The notes beneath the pieces were generated by a model. It was not told where the DNA came from. It did no database searches and saw only the letters and a list, made by a program, of their open reading frames with translations. A program made the position numbers and the translations under genes. This document shows positions 40,500 to 50,413 of a DNA stretch of 64,000 nt, in pieces (the stretch's first letter is position 1; the number at the start of each line of letters is the position of its first letter). Origin of the DNA: an uncultured Actinomycetota bacterium (GTDB lineage Bacteria > Actinomycetota > Actinomycetes > Propionibacteriales > Nocardioidaceae); assembly GCA_963830735.1 (NCBI GenBank), contig CAWHNG010000003.1:209989-273988 (forward strand), written 5' to 3'.

Positions 40500-40568
40500 T
40501 CAGATTTCCCCGGTCGACCGGGGAAATCTGATGTTGTCGGGCTAAATATCGCCGGACAACATCAGGAA
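40500..40568. repeat. Perfect 32-bp palindrome TCAGATTTCCCCGGTCGACCGGGGAAATCTGA plus 37-bp linker (REP-like, half doublet)
   Basis: Palindrome and linker recur at 61457-61550. Confidence 0.9.
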
Positions 40569-40625
40569 ACGCCGGACAAGGCTTGGCGTACGGCGCCGCA
40601 CGCCTGTTCGGAGGGTCACTGACTC

Positions 40626-40722
40626 GGTTTCGGCACGGCGGTCGCTGCTGCTCGCAAGCTCGCCGCAGCGCGCCTGCTCAACCTCTTCGGCGACGGCCGC
40701 GCGAGCAAGCTCGCGCAACCTG
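40626..40722. repeat. Further REP-like hairpin cluster (two GCAAGC-loop motifs; GGTTTCGGCAC...CCTGCTCAACC)
   Basis: CTCGCAAGCTCG and GCGCGAGCAAGCTCGCGC; one copy in the window. Confidence 0.45.
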
Positions 40723-40724
40723 CC

Positions 40725-41804
40725 TCAGACGTAGCGCTCGAGGATCGTGGACTCGGCCAGCCGGGAGAGACCCTCGCGCACGCTGCGGGCCCGGAGCTCG
40801 CCGACGCCCTCCACGGCCTGCAGGTCGTCGATGCCCGCGGAGAGCAGCTTCTGGAGCGTGCCGAAGTGGTCGACCAGGCCCTCGACGACAGCGGCGGGCA
40901 GCCGCGGGACCTTGGTGAGCAGCCGGTAGCCGCGCGGTGCGACGGCACCGTCGAGGTGCTCGCCGGACCCGATGCCGAGCACCCGCGCGACCGAGGCGGG
41001 GTCGACCAGCTCGGTCGCGGAGAGGTTCTCGAGCTTGCCGAGCAGCTCCCCGGGCTCGCGGCTGCGGCGGCGGGAGGGGACGTAGTCGCGGATCACCAGC
41101 TCGCGCTCGACGTCGACGCCGGTGACGAGCTCCTCCAGCTGGAGGGAGAGCAGCCGGCCGTCGGTGCCGAGCTCGAGGACGTAGTCCTCTATCTCGCGGG
41201 CGATCCGGGTGACCATCTCCAGCCGCTGGGCGACAACGGCGACGTCGCGGACCGTCACGAGGTCCTCGATCTCCAGCGCCGAGAGCGTCGAGGAGACCTC
41301 GTCGAGGCGCAGCTTGTAGCGCTCGAGGGTCGCCAGGGCCTGGTTGGCGCGGGAGAGGATCTGGCCGGAGTCCTCGAGGACGTGGCGGGTCTCGCCGACG
41401 TACGCCGCGATGATCTGCATCGACTGGCTGACCGAGATCACCGGGAAGCCGGTCTGCTTGGCCACCCGGTCGGCGGTGCGGTGGCGGGTGCCGGTCTCCT
41501 CGGAGTGGATCGTGTGGTCGGGCATCAGGTGGACGGCGGCGCGGATGATCCGGGTGATGTCGCGGTCGATGATGATCGCGCCGTCCATCTTCGCGAGCTC
41601 ACGCAGCCCGGTGGCCGTGAAGGGTACGTCGAGCAGGAAGCCGCCCGTGGCGATCTGCTCAACCGTGCGGTCGTGGCCGATCACGATGAGCGCGCCGGTG
41701 CGGCCACGGAGGATCCGCTCGAGGCCGTCGCGCAGCGCGGTGCCGGGCGCGATCGACGCGAGGGTCGCGCGGAGGCGCGGATCCCCCGGACGTTCCGTCA
41801 CCAC
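40725..41804 (-). CDS. disA: DNA integrity scanning diadenylate cyclase
   Basis: LRELAKMDGA (DGA), TGTRHRTA (RHR), C-terminal HhH VEGVG; RBS GGAGG. Confidence 0.96.
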   Translation of the reverse strand: MVTERPGDPRLRATLASIAPGTALRDGLERILRGRTGALIVIGHDRTVEQIATGGFLLDVPFTATGLRELAKMDGAIIIDRDITRIIRAAVHLMPDHTIHSEETGTRHRTADRVAKQTGFPVISVSQSMQIIAAYVGETRHVLEDSGQILSRANQALATLERYKLRLDEVSSTLSALEIEDLVTVRDVAVVAQRLEMVTRIAREIEDYVLELGTDGRLLSLQLEELVTGVDVERELVIRDYVPSRRRSREPGELLGKLENLSATELVDPASVARVLGIGSGEHLDGAVAPRGYRLLTKVPRLPAAVVEGLVDHFGTLQKLLSAGIDDLQAVEGVGELRARSVREGLSRLAESTILERYV

Positions 41805-41905
41805 AGCTGCCTCCCCTGGCTGGTCGCGCCGATACTTAAACCTTATGGCACCGCGCGACGCGCGGCGCACGGGATCGCGGTCGGGATGGAACCCGGCCGT
41901 CGGCG

Positions 41906-43354
41906 TCAGCCTTCGTCGACCACCTCGAGGGCGTGCTTGGTCCGCCGGTCGAGGTGGAGCAACCGGAGGGCGGAGCCGACGTCGGGGGCCTCGACGACCC
42001 TCATTCCGTCGATCGTGCGGTCGGTGCGGGCGCTGCGAACGCCCCCGCGGGCACCCGGCTCGGCCGGGACCACCGCCATCGTGAAGCCCAGCCGCGCGGC
42101 CTCGGCGAGCCGCAGGGGCAGGTCACGCACCCGGCGCAGCTCGCCGGACAGCCCGATCTCGCCCATCGCGACGACACCGCCCGGGGCTGGGCTGACGAAG
42201 TGGGCCGACGCGATCGCGACGGCGACGGCGAGGTCGCCGGCCGGGTCGTTGAGCCGGGCGCCGCCGACCGTCGACGCGAACACGTCGTGCTGGTGGAGGC
42301 GGACGCCGCAGTGCTGCTGGAGCACGGCGAGGACCATCGCCAGCCGCGAGCCGTCGAGGCCGGACGTGGTCCGGCGGGGACGCTCGAGCGGGGAGTGGGT
42401 GACCAGCGCCTGCACCTCGGCCAGCAGCGGTCGGCGCCCCTCCATCGACACCGCGACGCACGTGCCCGGGACCCGGCCGTGGTGCTGCTCGACGAAGATG
42501 CCGGTCGGGTCGGTGACGGCTGTGATGCCGTCGGCGCCGAGGTCGAAGCAGCCGACCTCGTCGACCGGACCGAAGCGGTTCTTCACGGCCCGCACCATCC
42601 GGAACCGCGAGTCACGGTCGCCCTCGAAGTGGAGCACGACGTCGACCAGGTGCTCGAGCACCCGGGGCCCCGCGATCGAGCCGTCCTTCGTGACGTGGCC
42701 GACCAGGACCACTGTGATGTCGCGGGTCTTGGCCACCCGCACCAGCGCGGCCGCGACCTCCTTGACCTGCGTGACGCCGCCCGGCACCCCGTCGACCCCC
42801 GAGGCGCCGATCGTCTGCACGGAGTCGACGACGAGGAGCTCGGGGCGGACCTCCTCGACATGGGTGAGCACGGCGCCCAGGTCGGTCTCCGCGGCGAGGT
42901 AGAGCTCGTCGTGGATCGCGCTGGTCCGGTCGGCGCGCAGCCGGACCTGGGAGGCCGACTCCTCACCGGTGACGTAGAGAGTGCGGCGGTTGTGCTGCGC
43001 CGTACGCGCGGCGACCTCGAGCAGCAGGGTCGACTTGCCCACGCCGGGCTCGCCGGCCAGCAGCACGGCGGCCCCGGGCACCAGGCCGCCGCCGAGGACG
43101 CGGTCGAGCTCGGGCACCCCGGAGCCGTGGTGGGCCGCGGAGTCGGCCGACACCGACCCGATCGGCACCGCCGGACGGGTGACGGGCGCGGCTGCCGTGC
43201 GTCCGGTGGGCGCGGCCGCGGCCTGCTCGGCGACGGCGCCCCAGGCCTGGCACTCGCCGCAGCGCCCGGCCCACTTCGCGGTGGTCCAGCCACACTCGTT
43301 GCAGACGTAGGTCGCACGGGTTCGCGCAGTCGAGCGGGTGTTCGAAGAGGCCAT
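41906..43354 (-). CDS. radA: DNA repair protein RadA/Sms
   Basis: CNEC..CGEC zinc finger, GEPGVGKST, KNRFG, Lon-like C-terminus. Confidence 0.97.
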   Translation of the reverse strand: MASSNTRSTARTRATYVCNECGWTTAKWAGRCGECQAWGAVAEQAAAAPTGRTAAAPVTRPAVPIGSVSADSAAHHGSGVPELDRVLGGGLVPGAAVLLAGEPGVGKSTLLLEVAARTAQHNRRTLYVTGEESASQVRLRADRTSAIHDELYLAAETDLGAVLTHVEEVRPELLVVDSVQTIGASGVDGVPGGVTQVKEVAAALVRVAKTRDITVVLVGHVTKDGSIAGPRVLEHLVDVVLHFEGDRDSRFRMVRAVKNRFGPVDEVGCFDLGADGITAVTDPTGIFVEQHHGRVPGTCVAVSMEGRRPLLAEVQALVTHSPLERPRRTTSGLDGSRLAMVLAVLQQHCGVRLHQHDVFASTVGGARLNDPAGDLAVAVAIASAHFVSPAPGGVVAMGEIGLSGELRRVRDLPLRLAEAARLGFTMAVVPAEPGARGGVRSARTDRTIDGMRVVEAPDVGSALRLLHLDRRTKHALEVVDEG

Positions 43355-43547
43355 GGACGAGACGTTAGGGCACGCCGCCGACGCAACCCGGTACGGCGCG
43401 CGCCGGCACGTCGCCGGGCGACCCGTCACCGGCAGTCGATCCCGCCCCCGCGCGGGGCGGCGTCGGCCGACGAACCCGGACCGCGTCGTCGTACGGACCC
43501 GGACCTTCGTATCCTCGACCCCAACGACGACCGCGCGGAGGTGAGCG

Positions 43548-44609
43548 ATGGACGGGTCCTTGTCGTTGCCGCCCACGCTGGCCGACGTCGCCGAGCGGGC
43601 CGGGGTCTCCCGGCAGACGGTCTCCAACGCGATCAACAGCCCGGACCTGCTGCGGCCGGACACGCTCGCGCGGGTGCAGGACGCGATCGAGACGCTGGGC
43701 TACCTGCCCAACCGCGCGGCCCGCCACCTGCGCACTGGGTCGTCGCGGCTGATCGGGCTGCGGATGGCGCCCGCGCAGGAGTTCACCGCCAACGCCGCCA
43801 TGGACCGGTTCGTGCACGCGCTGGTCGAGGCCTCGCGCGAGGCGGACTACCACGTGCTGCTGTTCTCCGGCGGTCCGGTGGCCCCCGGTGCGGTGGAGCG
43901 GCCCGACCCGGTCGCGGGCTACGACACACTGCTGCGGTCGACCGCGGTCGACGCGTTCGTCGTGACCGACACCTACCTCGGCAACCCGCAGGTCGCCTGG
44001 CTGAGCCGTCGTCAGGCGCCGTTCGTCGCCTTCGGCAGGCCCTGGGACGCCCCCGAGTCGCTGCACCCGTGGGTCGACGTCGACGGTGCGGCCGGGGTCC
44101 GGCTCGCGACCGACCACCTCCTCGACCTCGGCCACCAGCGGGTCGCCTGGCTGGGCTGGCGCGAGGAGTCGCGGCTCGGCGAGGAGCGTCGGGCCGGGTG
44201 GCTGGAGTCGATGGCGGCGCGTGGGCTGCCGACCGAGGGGCTCGCGGTGCGGGGCGAGGACACCGTCTACGCCGGGCGTACGGCGGCCGCCGAGCTCCTC
44301 GACACGGTGGCGCCCTCCGCGTTCGCCTGCGCCTCGGACACGCTCGCGGTCGGCGTGCTCCACGCGTTGGCCGAGCGCGGCCTGCAGGCCGGGACGGACG
44401 TCGGCGTGGTCGGCTTCGACGACTCGCAGGTCGCGCAGGTCGTCCCGCCGGGCCTCACCTCGGTCCGGCAGCCGCTCGAGCAGGCCGCGGTGGAGCTGGT
44501 GCGGGCGCTGCGCGGGCTGCTGGCGCACGACGAGCCGGCCGCGGGCGGCGTACTACTGGAGCCGACGTTGGCCGTGCGCGGCTCGACGGCCCGGGCCAGA
44601 GGGACCTGA
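43548..44609 (+). CDS. LacI family transcriptional regulator
   Basis: TLADVAERAGVSRQTVS HTH; GFDD; LTSVRQP. Confidence 0.93.
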   Translation: MDGSLSLPPTLADVAERAGVSRQTVSNAINSPDLLRPDTLARVQDAIETLGYLPNRAARHLRTGSSRLIGLRMAPAQEFTANAAMDRFVHALVEASREADYHVLLFSGGPVAPGAVERPDPVAGYDTLLRSTAVDAFVVTDTYLGNPQVAWLSRRQAPFVAFGRPWDAPESLHPWVDVDGAAGVRLATDHLLDLGHQRVAWLGWREESRLGEERRAGWLESMAARGLPTEGLAVRGEDTVYAGRTAAAELLDTVAPSAFACASDTLAVGVLHALAERGLQAGTDVGVVGFDDSQVAQVVPPGLTSVRQPLEQAAVELVRALRGLLAHDEPAAGGVLLEPTLAVRGSTARARGT

Positions 44610-44619
44610 GGGGCCTGCG

Positions 44620-44707
44620 GATTCGTCACGGTATGCAGGCGAACCCGCACCTCCCGTGCGGAACTCCGCGGGGGAGGCGTCGACTCGCCTACATGCCGTG
44701 ATGAATC
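44620..44707. repeat. 88-bp palindromic element, copy 3
   Basis: 12 mismatches to copy 1 by manual alignment; same AACT loop. Confidence 0.9.
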
Positions 44708-44749
44708 GACACGCGGCGGACCCGCCGCCACCGGCCACCACCCCGCGCG

Positions 44750-45442
44750 TCAGAACCCCTTCGACCACAGGTTGACGGCGTAGTCGACCTCGAGCCCGGT
44801 GTGCTCGGCCAGCACCTCGTCGGCGACCTGGGGCGCGAACTCGATCCGGACGACCGCCTCGAGGTCGCCGCGGTGGGCGAAGCGCCAGCCCATGTCGACC
44901 CGGTCGAGGGTCCAGCCGCGGGTCGACCAGAAGCGCTCGGTCGCCTCCGGCGGGTCGAGGTGCGGGTAGCCGCGCCGGAACCAGCCCCCGAAGGTCGAGC
45001 GGGAGCCGTCGTTGTCGATGAGCAGTGCGGTCCCGCCGCGGCGTACGACGCGCTCGAGCTCGGTCAGGCCCGGCTCGCAGCCCCGCCCGAAGAAGTAGGA
45101 CCACCGCGCGTGGACGACGTCGACGGATGCGTCCGGGAGCGGGATCCGCTGCGCGGTGCCGGCGAGGACCGACACCGTCGGCAGCGCCCGGCAGCGCCGC
45201 CGGGCGAGCGCCTGCAGGCCGGTGTGCGGTTCGACGCCGATCACCTGCCCGGCGGTCTCGGCGAAGCGGGGGAGGTGGAAGCCGGTGCCGCAACCGAGGT
45301 CGAGCACGGTGCGCCCGGCCCAGTCGGCCCGCGCGGTCATCGCGGACCAGAGCCGTCCGTCGGGGTCCGCTGCGCGGTTCTCGAGCTCGTAGGTGGCGGT
45401 GTGGTGCCAGATGTTCGGGCTCGGGATCGCGCCGTCGATCAT
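44750..45442 (-). CDS. Class I SAM-dependent methyltransferase
   Basis: VLDLGCGTG, GVEP, PLPDASVD. Confidence 0.85.
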   Translation of the reverse strand: MIDGAIPSPNIWHHTATYELENRAADPDGRLWSAMTARADWAGRTVLDLGCGTGFHLPRFAETAGQVIGVEPHTGLQALARRRCRALPTVSVLAGTAQRIPLPDASVDVVHARWSYFFGRGCEPGLTELERVVRRGGTALLIDNDGSRSTFGGWFRRGYPHLDPPEATERFWSTRGWTLDRVDMGWRFAHRGDLEAVVRIEFAPQVADEVLAEHTGLEVDYAVNLWSKGF

Positions 45443-45473
45443 CGGCTGCTGCGTGCGCGCCGGAGGGCGAGGG

Positions 45474-46112
45474 TCAGATCCGGACGAGCCCGTCGGGCGT
45501 CTGGACCTGCGCGGCGAGGATGCCGGGGGTGCCGTGCGGGGCTACCCACTCGACCTTGACGTCCTCCAGCGGGGCCTCGACGGTCTCGCCGAGCCACTCG
45601 CTCACCCGCTGCGGGTCACCGGCGATCTCGACGCCCGCGAGGGCGATCGAGCCGTCGGCGCCGGCCGACGGGTGCAGGTCGGCGGGGCACTCCCACTGCA
45701 CGAAGAACGGCAGCTGCGGGTCGGCGATCAGGCCGTTGACGCCGATCTGCTTCCAGCGCAGCTCGGTGCCGTCGGGGCGGTGTCGGCTGCCGGTCACGGC
45801 GGAGCGGCCGAGCCGCGCCTCGACCGGAGCGATGTCCTGCACCGCGACGACCCATCCGAGCCAGCCGCCGCCCAGGGCCGAGCGTGCGCGCACGGCCTGG
45901 CCGAACGGAGCCTTGTCCGAGGCCGGGTGGTCGAGCACCTCGACGACCTCGAGGTAGGTGCCCTCGGCGAGCGGCAGGATCATGTTGCGGGTGCCGAACC
46001 GGGGATGGACGCCACCGTCGACGAACGCTCGCCCGATCGCCTCACCCAGTCGCGCAGCGGTGCTGGCGAGTCCGTCCGGTCCTGCGGCGTACGAGAGGTG
46101 ATCGAGGCGCAT
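45474..46112 (-). CDS. VOC/glyoxalase-like family protein
   Basis: MRLDHLSYA, GGVHPRFGTRN, YLEVV, LPFFVQW. Confidence 0.8.
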   Translation of the reverse strand: MRLDHLSYAAGPDGLASTAARLGEAIGRAFVDGGVHPRFGTRNMILPLAEGTYLEVVEVLDHPASDKAPFGQAVRARSALGGGWLGWVVAVQDIAPVEARLGRSAVTGSRHRPDGTELRWKQIGVNGLIADPQLPFFVQWECPADLHPSAGADGSIALAGVEIAGDPQRVSEWLGETVEAPLEDVKVEWVAPHGTPGILAAQVQTPDGLVRI

Positions 46113-46236
46113 GTCAGACATTCTCAGCATGTGGCCAGGTTCACCGCGCGCCGGGGTCCTGTTTTCTTGACATCGAGACGTGGTACGGCGCCCGAGGAGC
46201 GGAGCTCAGGAGGGCGCAGGTGGGCTCGGGGCGGGG

Positions 46237-47013
46237 TCAGCGCGGGTCGGCAGGATGCAGGGCCAGCGCCGAGCGCGACCGGACGTGCGCCTCGCAGTGG
46301 CGCACGAGCTCGTCGTACGCCTCCTGGCCCATCAGGGCGACCAGCTCCGGCTCGTGGGTGAGGTAGACCGGCTCGACGGCGACGTGCGCCTCGGTGTTGC
46401 CCGAGCAGTACCAGTCGAGGTCGTGGCCGCCGGATCCCCAGCCGCGGCGGTCGTACTCCCCGATGCTGACCTCGGTGTAGGTCGAGCCGTCCGGCCGCTC
46501 GACCTCGCGGAAGGTGCGCCGGATCGGCAGCTGCCAGCACACGTCGGGCTTGGTCTCGAGCGGGTTGCGGCCCTGCTGCAGGGCCAGGCCGTGCAGGGCG
46601 CAGCCGGCGCCGCTGTGCCCATTGGCGGGGGAGAAGTCGGCGCGGTTGTGGAAGACGCAGCCGCGTTGCCCGTCGACCTCGATCGCGCGGGTCTTGCGCT
46701 CGCCCTCCTCGTCGAGCTCGATCCAGTCCTTCTTCTTGACCTTCCGCCCCGGGTGGAACTGCCACTGCTCGGGCGTCAGCTGGGCGACGTACGACGCCAC
46801 GCGCCTCTCGTCGTCCTTGTCGGCGAAGTGCGCGCCGAGCGTGCAGCAGCCGGTGTCGGGGGAGTCGGCGTAGATGCCGCGGCAGCCCTGCCCGAAGATG
46901 CAGGTGTAGGACGACGTGAGCCAGGTGAGATCGCAGCGCATCACCTCGGTGGCGTCCGCGGGATTGGCGAACTCGACGAAGGCGCGGGGGAAGTCCAGGT
47001 CCACCTCGGGCAC
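46237..47013 (-). CDS. Conserved Cys-rich hypothetical protein (possible metal/Fe-S binding)
   Basis: [31 protein letters not shown]; leaderless -10 TAGGTT. Confidence 0.7.
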   Translation of the reverse strand: MPEVDLDFPRAFVEFANPADATEVMRCDLTWLTSSYTCIFGQGCRGIYADSPDTGCCTLGAHFADKDDERRVASYVAQLTPEQWQFHPGRKVKKKDWIELDEEGERKTRAIEVDGQRGCVFHNRADFSPANGHSGAGCALHGLALQQGRNPLETKPDVCWQLPIRRTFREVERPDGSTYTEVSIGEYDRRGWGSGGHDLDWYCSGNTEAHVAVEPVYLTHEPELVALMGQEAYDELVRHCEAHVRSRSALALHPADPR

Positions 47014-47077
47014 CCCTCCAACCTACCGTCCTGCGAACGCCCGGTCCGGGGGCGCCCCGCGGCGGTACGGTGGCCCC

Positions 47078-48016
47078 ATGCGGCTGGGCGTGCTCGACAT
47101 CGGATCCAACACCGGTCACCTGCTGGTGGTCGACGCACACGACGGGGCGGCGCCGCTTCCGGCGTACTCCTTCAAGCAGCCGTTGCGACTCGCCGAGCAC
47201 CTCGACAAGGACGGTGCGGTCTCCCAGACCGGCATCGACGCGCTCACCGAGTTCACGGCCGAGTCGCTCGTGGTGGCCGAGGAGAAGGGCTGCGAGGAGA
47301 TGCTGTCCTTCGCGACCTCGGCCGTGCGCGACTCCGTCAACTCCGAGGCCGTGCTCGGCCACGTCAACGAGAAGACGGGCGTGGCGATCGAGGTGCTCTC
47401 GGGCGAGGACGAGGCCCGGCTCACGTTCTTGGCCGTACGACGGTGGTTCGGCTGGTCCGCGGGCCGGCTGACCGTGTTCGACATCGGCGGCGGGTCCCTC
47501 GAGATCGCCGCCGGTGCCGACGAGCGCCCCGACGTGGCGCAGTCGCTGCCGCTCGGCGCGGCCCGGCTGGCCCGGACGTGGTTCACCGGTCCGGTCGACG
47601 AGGAGGGCCTCCGGGTGATCCGCAAGGAGATCCGCGCGTCGATCGCGCGCGACGCCGGCCAGGTGCTGCGCGGCGGCAACAGCCACCGCGCGGCCGCGAC
47701 CTCGAAGACGTTCCGCTCGCTCGCCCGGATCTGTGGCGCCGCGGCGTCCGACGAGGGTCCGCTGGCGCCGCGGGCGCTCCCTCTCGACGTCCTGCGCAAG
47801 CGGATCCCCAAGCTGGTCGGCATGTCCCCTTCCGAGCTGGCCGACCTGCCGGGCGTCTCCGCGAGTCGCGCCCACCAGATCGTCCCGGGTGCACTGGTCG
47901 CCGAGGCCTGCATGGACATCTTCGGACGGACCGAGCTCGAGATCTGCCCGTGGGCGCTGCGCGAGGGCGTGATCCTCGAGCGGATCGACAAGCTCAGCGG
48001 CGCCGACGACGGCTGA
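47078..48016 (+). CDS. ppx: Ppx/GppA family exopolyphosphatase
   Basis: GVLDIGSNT, ATSAVRD, GEDEA, DIGGGSLE, ALREG. Confidence 0.9.
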   Translation: MRLGVLDIGSNTGHLLVVDAHDGAAPLPAYSFKQPLRLAEHLDKDGAVSQTGIDALTEFTAESLVVAEEKGCEEMLSFATSAVRDSVNSEAVLGHVNEKTGVAIEVLSGEDEARLTFLAVRRWFGWSAGRLTVFDIGGGSLEIAAGADERPDVAQSLPLGAARLARTWFTGPVDEEGLRVIRKEIRASIARDAGQVLRGGNSHRAAATSKTFRSLARICGAAASDEGPLAPRALPLDVLRKRIPKLVGMSPSELADLPGVSASRAHQIVPGALVAEACMDIFGRTELEICPWALREGVILERIDKLSGADDG

Positions 48017-48031
48017 GGAAGCCCGCGCCAG

Positions 48032-48838
48032 ATGTCCGCGTCGTCCGACCAACCGCGCATCGGCCTCTCGACCGTCTCGGTCTATCCCGAGTCCACGGCC
48101 CACGGCTTCGCGTACGCGGCCAGCGCGGGCTACGAGTCGGTCGAGGTGATGGTCGGCATCGACGCCCTGTCGCAGGAGACGCGGACGATCCTGCACCTCT
48201 CCGAGCACCACGAGATCCCGATCAGCGCGATCCACGCGCCCTGCCTGCTGTTCACCCAGCGGGTCTGGGGCCTGGAGCCGTGGGGCAAGCTGTCGCGGTC
48301 GGCCGAGATGGCGGCGGCGGTGGGAGCGGAGGTGGTCGTTGTGCACCCACCGTTTCGGTGGCAGCGCGACTATGCCCGTGACTTCGTCGACGGGATCGCC
48401 GCGCTGGAGAACTCCACGGGCATCGCCTTCGCCGTCGAGAACATGTATCCGTGGCGGGCGTCGGGTCGCCGGGGCGTCGACATGTACCTCCCCGGTTGGG
48501 ACCCCTCCGCCGAGCCCTACGCCAACACCACCATCGACCTCTCCCACGCCTCGATCGCGGGCAGCGACCCCGTCGAGATGGCCGAGCGGCTCGGTCCGCG
48601 GCTGCGCCACGTCCACCTCACCGACGGCACCGGCTCGGCGAAGGACGAGCATCTGGTGCCCGGCCGCGGCACCGTCGGCGCCGCCGGGTTCCTGCAGCAC
48701 CTCGCCGGCACCGGGTTCGCCGGCGAGGTGATCCTCGAGATCAACACGCGTCGGTGCCGGACGACCGCTGAGCGCGAGGTGGACCTGCGGGAGTCGCTGG
48801 ACTTCGCGCGGGAGCACCTGGGGGCGTCGGTCGCGTGA
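48032..48838 (+). CDS. Sugar phosphate isomerase/epimerase (AP endonuclease 2 TIM barrel) family protein
   Basis: HAP, VENM, DLSH, HVHLTD, DEHLVPG. Confidence 0.8.
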   Translation: MSASSDQPRIGLSTVSVYPESTAHGFAYAASAGYESVEVMVGIDALSQETRTILHLSEHHEIPISAIHAPCLLFTQRVWGLEPWGKLSRSAEMAAAVGAEVVVVHPPFRWQRDYARDFVDGIAALENSTGIAFAVENMYPWRASGRRGVDMYLPGWDPSAEPYANTTIDLSHASIAGSDPVEMAERLGPRLRHVHLTDGTGSAKDEHLVPGRGTVGAAGFLQHLAGTGFAGEVILEINTRRCRTTAEREVDLRESLDFAREHLGASVA

Positions 48839-49476
48839 GCTCCTCTGCCTCCTCAGCGTCGTCCGCGTCCTCTGCGTCGTCCCCGTCGTCCGCGTCCCGC
48901 CGGGGGCGCCGGCCGGGCAGCCCCGACACCCGGGCGGCGATCCTCGCCGCGGCCCGCGAGCGGTTCGCCGCCGCGGGCTTCGCGGGTACGACGATCCGCG
49001 CCGTCGCCGCCGACGCCGGCGTCGACGCGGCGCTGGTGCACCACTACTTCGGCACCAAGGACGACCTGTTCGTGGCGGCGCTGGAGTTCCCGGTCGACCC
49101 CCGGGCACTGCTGGCCGAGTCGGTGGTCGGGCCGCCCGAGCAGGCGGCCGAGCAGCTGCTCCGGACCTTCCTGTCGGTGTGGGACGACCCCGCGATGCAG
49201 CCCGCGCTGATCGCGACCGTCCGCCGGGTCCTCGACCCCGGCGGCGACCGACTGCTGCGCGACGGCTTCCTCCCGGTCGTCGTCATCCCGATCGGTGCCC
49301 GGCTCGGCATCGAGGACCCGGAGCTGCGGATGCCGCTCGTCGCCAGCCAGGTCATCGGGCTGATCCTCATGCGGTACGTGATCCGCGTCGAACCGATCGC
49401 CTCCATGCCCGCCGAGCGGCTGCTGGCGACGTACGCCCCCGTGCTGCAGGGGTACCTCACCGGCCCCCTCCCCTGA
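48835..49476 (+). CDS. TetR family regulator
   Basis: ILAAARERF, TTIRAVAADAGVDAALVHHYFGTKDDLF; Ser/Ala low-complexity N-terminus. Confidence 0.9.
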   Translation: MSSSASSASSASSASSPSSASRRGRRPGSPDTRAAILAAARERFAAAGFAGTTIRAVAADAGVDAALVHHYFGTKDDLFVAALEFPVDPRALLAESVVGPPEQAAEQLLRTFLSVWDDPAMQPALIATVRRVLDPGGDRLLRDGFLPVVVIPIGARLGIEDPELRMPLVASQVIGLILMRYVIRVEPIASMPAERLLATYAPVLQGYLTGPLP

Positions 49477-49481
49477 GAGGT

Positions 49482-49638
49482 CGAATCGGCCGTGGTGGCC
49501 CCGCGAATCGGCCGTGCCGGCCCCGCGAATCGGCCGTGCCGGCCCTCGAGCCGAACCTGGATCGACGACTCGAGGGGCCATGCCGGTTGATTCAAAGGGC
49601 CATGGCGGCCGATTCGTAGGGCCACGGCGGTTGATTCG
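49482..49638. repeat. Inverted tandem array of 22-bp units (3 forward CGAATCGGCCGTG..GGCCC, 3 reverse) around a CTCGAG...CTCGAG spacer
   Basis: Forward units at 49482, 49504, 49526; reverse GATTC at 49589, 49611, 49633. Confidence 0.88.
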
Positions 49639-49666
49639 GCGCGCCCGGAGGAGCATTATTCAACAC

Positions 49667-50413
49667 ATGATGAAATCAGGTGGTACGGCGGCGCGCGGGG
49701 GCGTCATCGGGATCGCCGGGCTCCGCGTCGTACGCAGCGGGCGGACGGTGATCGACGGTCTCGACCTCGAGATCGCGGACGGCGTGACCGGCCTGCTCGG
49801 CCCGTCCGGCTGCGGCAAGTCCACGCTGATGCGCAGCATCGTCGGGGTCCAGCGGGTGGCCGGCGGATCGGTGACGGTCCTCGGCGAGCCGGCGGGTACG
49901 ACGCCGCTGCGCACCCGGGTGGGCTACATGACCCAGGACCCCAGCGTCTACGACGACCTCACCGTGACCGAGAACCTCCGCTTCTTCGCCCGCGTGCTCG
50001 GCCGCACCCGCGACACGGTCGCGCCGGCGATCGAAGCGGTCGACCTCGGCAGCCACCGCGACGCCGTCGTACGCCGCCTCTCCGGCGGCCAGCGCTCACG
50101 GGTCAGCCTGGCGGTCGCCCTCCTCGGTGCGCCCGACCTGCTCGTCCTCGACGAGCCGACCGTCGGCCTCGACCCGGTGCTGCGCCGCGACCTGTGGAAC
50201 CTCTTCCACCGCATCGCCGACCAGGGCACCACGGTGCTGGTATCCAGCCACGTGATGGACGAGGCCGAGCGCTGCGACCGGCTGCTGCTCATGCGCGAGG
50301 GCCGGATCCTCGCCCACGACACCCCCGCTGCGGTCAAGCGGGCCGCGGGCGTGCACGACGTCGAGGCGGCGTTCCTGCGGATCGTCGACGCCGAGAAGGA
50401 GGCGGCCCGATGA
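49667..50413 (+). CDS. ABC-2 type exporter ATPase
   Basis: GPSGCGKS, LSGGQ, LVLDEPT; -10 CATTAT 7 nt upstream. Confidence 0.9.
   Translation: MMKSGGTAARGGVIGIAGLRVVRSGRTVIDGLDLEIADGVTGLLGPSGCGKSTLMRSIVGVQRVAGGSVTVLGEPAGTTPLRTRVGYMTQDPSVYDDLTVTENLRFFARVLGRTRDTVAPAIEAVDLGSHRDAVVRRLSGGQRSRVSLAVALLGAPDLLVLDEPTVGLDPVLRRDLWNLFHRIADQGTTVLVSSHVMDEAERCDRLLLMREGRILAHDTPAAVKRAAGVHDVEAAFLRIVDAEKEAAR

Noticed and set aside
38720-43354. mutY-disA-radA cluster as a novel system
   Set aside because: Well-known conserved actinobacterial arrangement.
48835-48900. Ser/Ala repeat at the TetR N-terminus, plus Pro/Asp and Ala/Lys/Pro linkers in NlpC/P60 and the acyltransferase
   Set aside because: Ordinary low-complexity linkers with degenerate codons; no sign of phase variation.
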